A stretch of 64,000 nt of DNA from a virus (taxonomy: Duplodnaviria > Caudoviricetes). The notes below the pieces were generated by a model that saw only the letters and a program-made list of their open reading frames with translations, was not told the origin of the DNA and did no database searches. The stretch spans positions 33,002 to 97,001 of the IMG/VR virus record IMGVR_UViG_3300047576_000028. One strand, written 5' to 3'. The position numbers were made by a program, and so were the translations under genes. Below, in pieces: positions 19,757 to 28,423 of the stretch (the stretch's first letter is position 1; every line of letters starts with the position of its first letter).

Positions 19757-20194
19757 TTACTGATTCCACTGGAATACGAGACTAGCGACCGCGCCCGACG
19801 CACTGGCGTTAAGAAACACGCCGCCCACAAATGCGATGCATGTACTCGATATTGGGTAAGTCACCGGCGCGGCGCTGGCACCCAATACGCCGCTGTAGAC
19901 CGTGTGCCCGTTTCCATCGGTCAGCGTGATGGTCTGACCGGTGCCAATCAGCAGGCCGCCGCACACGTAGATGGTGCTGTCTGGGACATATGCCGGGGGA
20001 GCCGCCGTCGTAGCCTGTGCTACTGTCTGGCTGCATCCCGATCCTGGGCCGATCAAACAAGGCGCTGTTCCGGCCGTCGAAACGGCTTGCAGTCGCATCT
20101 CGGCAGAGTGGTTGAAGGTATTGGCGCGGGTAGTGATGGTTTGCGCGGGAAGGCTCAGCGCGAACGCTAGGCCGGTCAAAATTCGCAGTCTCAT
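19757..20194 (-). CDS. Secreted protein with signal peptide
   Basis: Likely start MRLRILTGLAFALSLPAQ at 20194 (ATGA overlap with the GT2 stop). Confidence 0.55.
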   Translation of the reverse strand: MRLRILTGLAFALSLPAQTITTRANTFNHSAEMRLQAVSTAGTAPCLIGPGSGCSQTVAQATTAAPPAYVPDSTIYVCGGLLIGTGQTITLTDGNGHTVYSGVLGASAAPVTYPISSTCIAFVGGVFLNASASGAVASLVFQWNQ

Positions 20195-20964
20195 GTTTGA
20201 AATACTCCGGCGAACGAACGACGATTTTGGAGGGGAGCAAGCCGAATGCGTGCGCGTGGTGGGCGCGCCATGAGAAGCGCCACGTTTCGCTCGGCCCCTG
20301 AACTCATGTCGGAACAGGCAGATTGGTTGTAGTACATGATGCATTCAGAAATATGCGCCGCCCGCTGCGTACCGCTCATTTCGAGCATGGGCCACATGAG
20401 CGCGCGGTCTTCCGCTACGCGGAAATACTGACCGTAATCGTCGCGTAAATCCATGTCCTCAACGAGACTGTAGAGCCACCGCTTCCATGTCCGTACCGCC
20501 GTGCCTAGCCAGCGATATTGGCGGAAATGCGTCAGGCCGTCAGGGTAAGCGGGCCAACCGCCCTCACCCCATGGGGCACCAGGTTTTGAATACCAACTTC
20601 CATAGGTCATCCAGCAGGCGCGCGATGCATAGGTATCCGCGATTATTTGAAGTGCGTCCGGGCGGCAAAACCAATCGTCGCCGTCAAGCGACACAATAAC
20701 GTCCTCCGGGTCGTCTCCGCAACGCTTAATCGCCGCGATCTGGTTGTACAGCGAATACTTCCTATGCTGGTTAGCCGTTACATGCACACGCGATGCAAGG
20801 GCTGGCGCGGAGGCGGCAATAATGGCCTCTTCGTATGCGCCGTCTCCGCATGGATCTATCGTAACCCAAGCGTCCCAATCGCGATATGTCTGCGTCGCAA
20901 GAGATTCAAGGCACAGTCCGATGACATGCGCGCACGGGCCGCCGTTGACGATAATCCTAAGCAT
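20191..20964 (-). CDS. Glycosyltransferase family 2
   Basis: CLESLATQTY.DW, VSLDGDD and AEDRAL motifs. Confidence 0.85.
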   Translation of the reverse strand: MLRIIVNGGPCAHVIGLCLESLATQTYRDWDAWVTIDPCGDGAYEEAIIAASAPALASRVHVTANQHRKYSLYNQIAAIKRCGDDPEDVIVSLDGDDWFCRPDALQIIADTYASRACWMTYGSWYSKPGAPWGEGGWPAYPDGLTHFRQYRWLGTAVRTWKRWLYSLVEDMDLRDDYGQYFRVAEDRALMWPMLEMSGTQRAAHISECIMYYNQSACSDMSSGAERNVALLMARPPRARIRLAPLQNRRSFAGVFQT

Positions 20965-20973
20965 TGTGTCTCG

Positions 20974-21129
20974 TTATCTGAAAAGCCCACAGAGGTAGCA
21001 GATCAACACGATGATTAGAATAGTCCCGAGTCCCACGCCGACACCACCTTGCGGTCCCCACTGCCCATTTCCATACCAGCCGCCAAAGCCGCCGAACAAA
21101 ATAATCAACAAAAGGATTAACAGGATCAT
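20974..21129 (-). CDS. Small membrane protein, DUF3309-like
   Basis: Manual translation MILLILLLIILFGGFGGWYGNGQWGPQGGVGVGLGTILIIVLICYLCGLFR. Confidence 0.7.
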   Translation of the reverse strand: MILLILLLIILFGGFGGWYGNGQWGPQGGVGVGLGTILIIVLICYLCGLFR

Positions 21130-21190
21130 ATCAGTTCCTTAACGGCCCGCGAAACAGCCCGTAGCCGCTTCTGGATGGACAAGACGGCCG

Positions 21191-21343
21191 TCACAAACCA
21201 ACAACAATGCCGATCAGGACCATCACGAATATGGTCCACGCGCCGCTGCGCCGTGGATATGGCTGGGAAGGCGTATACCAGTGCCAAAGGCCAAAGAACA
21301 GCCCGGCAACGTAGAACAGCCAGAACCACATTGGCAGCGTCAT
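21191..21343 (-). CDS. Small two-TM membrane protein
   Basis: Manual translation MTLPMWFWLFYVAGLFFGLWHWYTPSQPYPRRSGAWTIFVMVLIGIVVGL; AGGAGA RBS. Confidence 0.55.
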   Translation of the reverse strand: MTLPMWFWLFYVAGLFFGLWHWYTPSQPYPRRSGAWTIFVMVLIGIVVGL

Positions 21344-21436
21344 GTTTGTCTCCTTTCTAATTTTGTCTCTCCTGTTTATCCGAATCGCATAAACGCGGCG
21401 ACTTGTTCTGCCGCCGCGTTAGTGACGTACGGACCA

Positions 21437-21607
21437 CTACTTCGTAGTGAACACTTGGTGGTCGGTGACCGCCACCACTGTACCATCGTTCGCTACTGGT
21501 TTGCCGTTCGATTTCAGAGCCGCCGGATGCCCCGCTAGGGTATACAACACCGCTCCGGTTGTCTGGCCCTCAACTGTCTTTGCAACGCCGTCTATTGTGA
21601 TCGTCAT
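21437..21607 (-). CDS. Small ubiquitin-like (multiubiquitin/ThiS-like) protein
   Basis: Manual translation MTITIDGVAKTVEGQTTGAVLYTLAGHP...HQVFTTK; follows repeated leader copy 1. Confidence 0.45.
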   Translation of the reverse strand: MTITIDGVAKTVEGQTTGAVLYTLAGHPAALKSNGKPVANDGTVVAVTDHQVFTTK

Positions 21608-21620
21608 GGATTCAACCTTT

Positions 21621-21729
21621 GGTAGTGGGTCTTAGCTTGACCCTCGTTTATCCTTAAGGGAGTTGAATGTCGTTTGCTCATGGCTGTCTGTTCAACAGTT
21701 TCCAAAGGCCCCTACCGGGCCTGCCCGTC
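21621..21729 (-). ncRNA. Repeated structured 5' leader / candidate ncRNA, copy 1
   Basis: Near-identical to 27885-28023 and 31146-31285; TATAAT just upstream on the minus strand. Confidence 0.55.
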
Positions 21730-22304
21730 AATTCCAATTATAGCGCGCCCATTTCAGGGGAGTTTTCTTGAAGTGACCGGATTCACGGCAGACGGAGCAC
21801 TTGCGGGTTGACCATGGGCGCAGTAATGGCGTATTCGTCCCCAGCCCTTAACATCGCACTATGGTAGCGCATCAATTCGTAGCCGCGTTCCAAAGATCCT
21901 GTTGAAATTCGCCAGTTCCATGACTTCAGGCGGTTCAGTTCCGGCTCTTTGCCCGCCGTCAGCTTTGCGTTGAACTGAACCCCAAACAGGACCGCCCTGG
22001 ATTCACTTCGCGCGGATGTGCCCGGCGTACTTGTTGCGTGAGCAGACCCAGGCGCGTGGACTATATCGTGCTGGCGCAAAATCCGTCTTTCGCGTCATGC
22101 GAACGCCGCAGTCTTCGCACTTATCTCGCTTTCAGCTAGTCGTCGAATTCGCTCATCGCGTCCTCCGTGTCGATTGCGCGCGATCTGCATCTCAAGAGAC
22201 GTGCGTTGTTCCGCGAGGTCGGATGGCGTTCCTGCCGTTCCGCTCCAGTTCCCTCCATGCGATGTCGCAACCACGAATTCTTCTCTCGTCATTGGGATAT
22301 TATA

Positions 22305-22326
22305 CTTTAGCCGTGGAGTTGCTTAC
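22305..22326 (+). mobile_element. Family-A right-end remnant
   Basis: ctttagccgtggagttgcttac is an exact 22-bp match to the element end. Confidence 0.7.
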
Positions 22327-22344
22327 AAGTCCCTTTACCTTCCA

Positions 22345-22779
22345 TCAAACCGCGTCCGCTAACTGCTGGCGACCGTGGCACTCTTCGCAGATCGCACCGC
22401 GCATCTGCTTCTGGCAGCATCCGCAGAATAACCCAGCCGGTCGCTTTGCGGCTTCAGCCCGCATAAAAAGCGGGTCAGTCAAACGATAAGCCCTCCGAGA
22501 ACCAATTCCAGCAGAGATAATCTCGACATGCTTTCGCGCGGCTAAGCGTTGAACGAGTTGGCGGAAGTATCGCCGCGAGAAGCCGGCGGATTCCGCTAAT
22601 AGCCGTTCTCCGGTTCGCACCATCCCGCCGTGGCGTTCGTAAGCCGCTAGAACCCCGTAAATCCTTACGTCTAAGTGCTTTAGCATTTTGTCGCTAAGCA
22701 CAGACCAAGGGATTCGCGAGTAATTAGCAGATACGTTGGTCGCGGACTTTTTAAACCCTTTAGTTCTGCGGTTAGCCAT
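22345..22779 (-). CDS. Winged helix-turn-helix protein with a C-terminal Zn-ribbon
   Basis: VRIYGVL..ERLLAESAGFSRRYFRQLVQRL and CGCC..CEEC. Confidence 0.55.
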   Translation of the reverse strand: MANRRTKGFKKSATNVSANYSRIPWSVLSDKMLKHLDVRIYGVLAAYERHGGMVRTGERLLAESAGFSRRYFRQLVQRLAARKHVEIISAGIGSRRAYRLTDPLFMRAEAAKRPAGLFCGCCQKQMRGAICEECHGRQQLADAV

Positions 22780-23175
22780 AACTTTCTGTAGCGCCCTCGG
22801 CCAGTGCTTTTGTGTGCCAAAAAAAGTACCACGTAGAATCAACACGTTACGAAAGAAGTGGGCGCTACATTAACGCCCACTTTTCTTAAAACATGCGCCC
22901 ACGTACAAATAAATACTGGGGTCATCCGGTGCATCGCCTGTGACGCTCAATCGCTTGGTCCGCGTCGTATTCCGCGCGCCGCGCCATTGCGTAGAGGTAG
23001 AATGCTTCTGAGCGTGATGGTGGATCGTCCCGGCAATCTTCGCACACACGGCTGTACATTCTAAACATTACATTCACCCGATGGCACTTCCGGCACGCCC
23101 GCCTCTTGCGCAGTTTTGTTTCGCCGTTCGCAGCCGCTATTGTGTCGATCAGGTACATGGTATTAGTACGATACC

Positions 23176-23712
23176 TTACGCGCCCCTCGCGTTCTTTGCC
23201 GCAATCAGCTTCGCAACCGTCCCCAATTCCTTCGCCGCTGCCTGCCGTATCCCCATGCGCGCTCTAGCAACCGGTGTTGCTCCAATCTTATCCAGCCACT
23301 TCTCGCAGTTCCGTTGATGGATCTGCGTTCGCTGCATGATTGTGTATTTTGCCTTGGCTTTAGCCGCAGCTTCGGAAGAGGACGCCAAAACCAGTTCACC
23401 CTCAATCGCCAACTCCTCAATAGCGCCCAGACTATAGGCCGCCATTGCGACCGCGTGCGCATCTGCCCTGCGCAGAACAACACCAGCCGTAGTGATGTCG
23501 GCCACTAGAGTGTGCCACACGTCTTCCGCCGCTGGGCTGAGCCATCCTGGACAAATCAGTTCGCCATCCGAAGGCTTAGCCGTTACGATGTGCCCAGCCG
23601 TATCGCGCTTGATCGCATCTATTCCGACAACAGACGCAAGCTGAGCCTCATGTCGGGCTTCCCGCTCACCGCGTACCGATGTGGGATCGCGAATTGGTCC
23701 TCTCTGTCCCAT
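23176..23712 (-). CDS. terS: Terminase small subunit (P27 family-like)
   Basis: MGQRGP start, CPGWLSPAAEDVW and IGATPVARARM motifs. Confidence 0.8.
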   Translation of the reverse strand: MGQRGPIRDPTSVRGEREARHEAQLASVVGIDAIKRDTAGHIVTAKPSDGELICPGWLSPAAEDVWHTLVADITTAGVVLRRADAHAVAMAAYSLGAIEELAIEGELVLASSSEAAAKAKAKYTIMQRTQIHQRNCEKWLDKIGATPVARARMGIRQAAAKELGTVAKLIAAKNARGA

Positions 23713-23715
23713 CTT

Positions 23716-23762
23716 TTCAGCCAACTACTACAACTGTAATTCAGCCAACTACTACAACTGTA
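23716..23762. repeat. 23-bp direct repeat (2 copies) immediately upstream of terS
   Basis: ttcagccaactactacaactgta at 23716 and 23740. Confidence 0.8.
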
Positions 23763-23866
23763 GCATGTTACGTAACATGGTCACACACGAACAAGTGTAA
23801 TCTGAAAATAGTTGGCACGGATTGACGCATGGCGGGTTATGATCCTAAGCGGAGGTGGTTTGAATA

Positions 23867-24367
23867 ATGAAACTGACCGAATGGCTCACTAATAACGGCT
23901 ACGCATACTCAGCATATCCACTCGACGACACCTTGATCCAGCTGGACGGAGATTGGATCTCCCCGCATCAGTATGAAGTATTTGTCTCCGACGCGGACAT
24001 CGAGGCCGCCCCCAACGCCGACCCCGAGGTGTCCGGCGCGTATAAGATCACTGATAGCCAGCATGGCACGTATCGCCTAGAGGAGTTTGCGGGAAACGGG
24101 GCCAATGGCATGATCGCCGATTGGCAGGAGTGGGTAGAGTCCCACGATTTGTCGCGCCTGTCCTACGCCCAGGCCGTTGCGCTGGTCGGGGCGGAGACCG
24201 TCAAGGCCGTCGCTGACGAGCAGTGCGATTACAGCGGGCGGCTCATGTCGGACAACTCGGAGCGAGTAGAGTTTACGGCGTCGGTGCCATGCCTGGATGG
24301 CCCGACGAGCCGAAGCCGTCCGCTCCCCCAGCGATACAGGGGCACGAGGAGGAAACGAAAATTATGA
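23867..24367 (+). CDS. Hypothetical acidic protein
   Basis: GGAGG RBS; 166 aa. Confidence 0.55.
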   Translation: MKLTEWLTNNGYAYSAYPLDDTLIQLDGDWISPHQYEVFVSDADIEAAPNADPEVSGAYKITDSQHGTYRLEEFAGNGANGMIADWQEWVESHDLSRLSYAQAVALVGAETVKAVADEQCDYSGRLMSDNSERVEFTASVPCLDGPTSRSRPLPQRYRGTRRKRKL

Positions 24368-24705
24368 AATACGAATTGATTGGAACGCCCCGCCGCATCG
24401 AGTCGGACAGCGATGAGCATGAAACAGTAATGGTGATCGACCTGCGCCGCGAAGACGGCGCAACGGGAGATGTCTGGATAGCGGCCGGCGTCCCGGACTA
24501 CCTGCGCGGTGCGGCGCAGGCCGCTGGATCTCAGCACGGCTTGCTTGATGTGCGCGTGTTTGGCGATGCCGTAGATATGTGGTGCCCAGAGTCCTTTCAG
24601 ATCGCCGATGAGGACGGGGGGTATAGTGGCGTAGCGGCTGATATTATCGCTGCCTGCGGAGATGCTGCGCTCACGGCTCACCGCGCAGCTATGGCTGACC
24701 TATGA
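24364..24705 (+). CDS. Hypothetical protein
   Basis: Start MKYELIG after a GAGGAGG RBS. Confidence 0.55.
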   Translation: MKYELIGTPRRIESDSDEHETVMVIDLRREDGATGDVWIAAGVPDYLRGAAQAAGSQHGLLDVRVFGDAVDMWCPESFQIADEDGGYSGVAADIIAACGDAALTAHRAAMADL

Positions 24706-24980
24706 GCTGCCCGCACTGCGGCCTGGCCCTGACGGGCCAGGAAATCCGGGACCTATATACTGCGCGCGCACCGTTCGCGGAAACCGACCTGACAGGCCAG
24801 CGCATAAACTCCTGGACCGTTTTGCGCCGCTTGGGGAAGACTCCCGCCGGCCATCAGCTATGGCTATGTCGCTGCGATTGCGGCGCGGAGCGTACCATCA
24901 GTACTAATAAGCTCACGCGCACAGACGGCCATCAAAGCCGCCGATGCCGGGAATGCTGGAGAACTGAAAAGGAGAAATAG
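24702..24980 (+). CDS. Zn-binding protein resembling the N-terminal domain of HNH/AP2 homing endonucleases
   Basis: DLTGQRINSWTV...WLCRCDCG motif. Confidence 0.55.
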   Translation: MSCPHCGLALTGQEIRDLYTARAPFAETDLTGQRINSWTVLRRLGKTPAGHQLWLCRCDCGAERTISTNKLTRTDGHQSRRCRECWRTEKEK

Positions 24981-25298
24981 AAATGAAGAAGAATTACGCG
25001 CCCATCGCGCTCCCGGGACTCCTCGGTGGCTACGCTGCCGCCGCTATGTCGAGGGATGGCGGACTTACGCGGCATGATTCTTTGGCGGCAGCGCTCGCCG
25101 CCAGACCGCTGCTGCTGATTACGCAGCACGGGGTATATTACATGGAGTCGGTCGCGCATGGCCGCACACGGGGCCAAGCTGCGCGATTGCTGCGGAGTTC
25201 GCTTGCCTGACCCGGACTGGTAAGCTTTCGATTGGCCCGACCAGCCGAGGAGGTCCGCTTCCCCCAGCGACTTTAAGGGGTACGAGGAGGAAACGAAA

Positions 25299-25610
25299 AT
25301 GAAGGATATACGGACTGCCGACTACGAGGTAATAGCGCGGCGGCGCGCAAGGCTAGCGGTCGGGTGGGGCTGGACCGGCGTCTACAGGGCGCCTTGCATG
25401 GCAAAAGCAAAAACGGTGGTCGGCTACAAGGAGCAATTTGTCTTTATCCCACTGGGGTGCGCGGTGGGTGCCGCTGGGTCTACCAGCGAGCGCGCCGCCG
25501 CCCGCATTATAGGCCCTGGGCAAATTGCATTCGAGAATGCTTGCGTTGAGTCGGCCCGCAGTTTCGCGGCCACGGAGCCTCAGTCAACCTCACTTGGCTC
25601 CGGCCAATGA
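25299..25610 (+). CDS. Hypothetical protein
   Basis: Same leader and RBS motif as the gene at 24364. Confidence 0.5.
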   Translation: MKDIRTADYEVIARRRARLAVGWGWTGVYRAPCMAKAKTVVGYKEQFVFIPLGCAVGAAGSTSERAAARIIGPGQIAFENACVESARSFAATEPQSTSLGSGQ

Positions 25611-26354
25611 GACAACCAGATCCAGTTCTGTTCCCGTCCGCGTCCAAAGTGGCGCTGGACGAGCACTACAGGCCCATTGAGCCATACATGCCCGGTTGAC
25701 TCCGCAAGGGGTTGACCGGGCTTTTGCTTTTGGAGGGATACAAAATGCTGATAACCGATAAAGATCTAAGCTCGGGGATACCGTTCCCCTGTCCGCGCGA
25801 AGTCCGCGAGTGGGCAGCGATGGCCGCGCATGTGGCACTGTGGCTTGCTCTGCTGTTCGCCTGCGGGGCGATAGTCTGGATTGCCATGTGGATACCGGAT
25901 TGAGGCGCACTAAGCCCGTGGGGCGTTCGGTCGCCTGGAGGCCCTGATAGCGCGCGCCGGCCGACGCGTGGCCGGCCAAAACACAGAGGCATGGTTAGGT
26001 TATGAGACTTACGCATGTAAAGCCTTAAGAATCAATGCTTCAGACACATAAAGTACTTTGGTACTACGATGAAAGGGCGAAAATGGCAGTACGGTATCAA
26101 TTTCCGGCTCGCTGCAAGCCATTGATTCTAAATGCGCGCTGCGTGCCACGAGAAGTCCGTTGTTTTCATTCATGTACGCCATGTGTTACAACGTTAAAAC
26201 GTCACAGGTAACATTTAACCGGAGGGGTACCGGAGGGGTTATTACAGGTCTCATGTACTGGTATTGGAGCGAAAAACGATTTCTGGATTTCGGTTTTTGT
26301 TCAGAACACCAAATTAGGAGGGTAGGGCCAGAGATGCTTCTCTACAAGCGCTTT

Positions 26355-26432
26355 GGGACTTATATACATAACTACCGTACACATTCTGAAGGCACAAGGC
26401 CCGCAGCACTGATCCCCAGCGCATCTAATGCT
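26355..26432 (+). mobile_element. IS1595-like end fragment (partner of 19677-19754)
   Basis: GGGACTTATATACATAACTACC terminus shared with several other sites. Confidence 0.55.
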
Positions 26433-26647
26433 AACTGCTTGATATTGATTCCGGCGTTATGGTCCGGCCAGAGTCGATCTCTTCTTCAAGTCGCCTGACG
26501 CGCCTGCCGATATCGGCGTCGGCCAACCACCACTTTGCCCACTACACTCCCAATTGGAGCAACAACCATTCCTCCGAGGCAGGTCAAAACTGCGAAGCCC
26601 GCCGATCCGAAGATGAATGTTAAAGGGTTTCTGGCGCACTACACTAA

Positions 26648-27535
26648 CTAGCCGATAGCGATTGCCGTGACTCCCGACTGTGCGTTGTACTGCGCCACGA
26701 GCTGCTGGACTTCGGTCAGGGTAATCGTCGGCTGCAAGTCCGTTCGGGCCACCATCCACGTCGTGGATTGAAATGGAGTGACTGGGGTCACCGACACGAA
26801 CCGCTCATTCGGCAGTAATGCGCGGATCGGGATTGCCAGCGTCACCGCGTTTGCGGGCGCGGCTGTAACCTGTTGATCTTGCACCCAGGACGGCAGCATC
26901 GTAGGGGGGGTTCCGTAATTGGAAACCGCCATCCAATGTCCAGGTGCTCCGACGCCATCGGCATTCTGGATTACGATTAACGTCTCCGCGAAATCGATGA
27001 CGATGGAGCCGTAAGGCCCTGCCCCAGATATTGTGATGCCCCACATCCGCCGTGTCTCGGTCCCGTAGTTCACGCCGACCATGCCCTGGGGAGTGTTATC
27101 GACTACGGTCAGGGTTGCGCCCGGATACAGCGGGGCGAGTGCGTTCGCTAGCGTCTGCGCATCGGCTTGCATGCAGAGCTCGCCAACGGGCACCGGGCCA
27201 AGAGGGCCGTATGGACCCTGCTGCTCTGCGACCGTAGGCACCGACACATAGGCGGGGTAGTTGTATGCGCCCGGCAAGTTGACGGCCCCCGCCGCCGGTG
27301 CCGGCACAGCCAACTCGACCGTGTAAGCGGGGGGCGCTGCCGCATCGAACATCAAGTACGGCTGGCCGCTAGGCGCCGGATCGGCCCACCCCTTGATTGG
27401 CAAAGCCGGATTGAACGGCGGAGCTTGGTTGCCTGTAGACGCCATATAAGCAGATCGGGAGGCATAATTCGTAAACAAGTACAGGTCGGAAATCGGATAC
27501 TGCAGCAAGTTGGGCTGCGGCGGTGTCGTTAACAT
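26648..27535 (-). CDS. Hypothetical Pro-rich protein
   Basis: 295-aa ORF with AGGAGA RBS. Confidence 0.6.
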   Translation of the reverse strand: MLTTPPQPNLLQYPISDLYLFTNYASRSAYMASTGNQAPPFNPALPIKGWADPAPSGQPYLMFDAAAPPAYTVELAVPAPAAGAVNLPGAYNYPAYVSVPTVAEQQGPYGPLGPVPVGELCMQADAQTLANALAPLYPGATLTVVDNTPQGMVGVNYGTETRRMWGITISGAGPYGSIVIDFAETLIVIQNADGVGAPGHWMAVSNYGTPPTMLPSWVQDQQVTAAPANAVTLAIPIRALLPNERFVSVTPVTPFQSTTWMVARTDLQPTITLTEVQQLVAQYNAQSGVTAIAIG

Positions 27536-27649
27536 AAGAGTCTCTCCTTTTTGTTTGTTTTCTCAAGCGGGTTGCCAAGGTATCCGCGCCCCGCGGTGCC
27601 GGGGTGTTGCGGAATTGAGGAATTATATACCTGACTACCCCGGCTGAAT

Positions 27650-27862
27650 CTACGCTGTTGCCTCTTGACGGCCCCCGCCGCCGGTGACTCCAAACAAATA
27701 GACAAATCTCGCTTGTCCGTTGGTCTGTCCGGGGCTTGGATTCTGTAACGCTACTGCCCCTGTATCGGGGCCATTCACGAAAATCAGGCCGCGTTTCCCA
27801 GCCTCTGCGTTGATCACCTCCGTCAGTTCCTTGATTTTATGGTGCATGTTGCCTTTGTGCAT
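27650..27862 (-). CDS. Hypothetical protein
   Basis: Purine-rich RBS; follows leader copy 2. Confidence 0.5.
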   Translation of the reverse strand: MHKGNMHHKIKELTEVINAEAGKRGLIFVNGPDTGAVALQNPSPGQTNGQARFVYLFGVTGGGGRQEATA

Positions 27863-27884
27863 GTTTTTCCTTTCCTCAAACCAG

Positions 27885-28023
27885 GGTAGTGGGTCTTAGC
27901 TTGACCCTCGTTTATCTTAAGGGAGTTGAATGTCGTTTGCTCATGGCTGTCTGTTCAACAGTTTCCAAAGGCCCCTACCGGGCCTGCCCTTCTGCCTTTA
28001 CGGCATTGGCTACAGCATATTAG
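27885..28023 (-). ncRNA. Repeated leader / candidate ncRNA, copy 2
   Basis: Near-identical to copies 1 and 3. Confidence 0.55.
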
Positions 28024-28054
28024 GATTCGGGTAGTTTACGTATGTAATCCCCCA

Positions 28055-28384
28055 TCAGAACCCACGCCGGGTTAGCGCGCTATGACACGGGCTGCACAAC
28101 GATTGCAAATTCTTCTCGTCGAACCGCAGGTCTGGCCGCACTTTTAACTTTTCCTTGTGGTGAACTTCGGTCGCCGCTACGATCAAGCCTTTATCCTGAC
28201 AGATAGAGCACAGGGGATTCTTCCACAACCACGCCAGCCGGAACTTCCGCCACGCTCCGCCGTAACCACGCGCTGCCGTTTTCTCTCTCTGCGGTGCATC
28301 CTTCCTGTGTGCTTCGCAATAACCAGATTCCACTAACTCAGGACAGAACGGGTAGGCGCACGGACGCTTTGGCCTTATTGCCAC
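28055..28384 (-). CDS. HNH endonuclease (terminase-associated type)
   Basis: RGYGGAW, NPLCSIC, ATEVHH and NLQSLCSPCH motifs. Confidence 0.9.
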   Translation of the reverse strand: MAIRPKRPCAYPFCPELVESGYCEAHRKDAPQREKTAARGYGGAWRKFRLAWLWKNPLCSICQDKGLIVAATEVHHKEKLKVRPDLRFDEKNLQSLCSPCHSALTRRGF

Positions 28385-28423
28385 GTATCGGTTGGTACGG
28401 GGATCGGCATTGTTGTTGCTCCT

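Larger units (their letters stand above)
27619..28051. mobile_element. TIR-bounded cassette carrying the repeated leader and a 70-aa ORF
   Basis: ggaattatatacctgactacc at the left and ggtagtttacgtatgtaatccc at the right are imperfect inverted repeats of the same TIR family. Confidence 0.5.
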
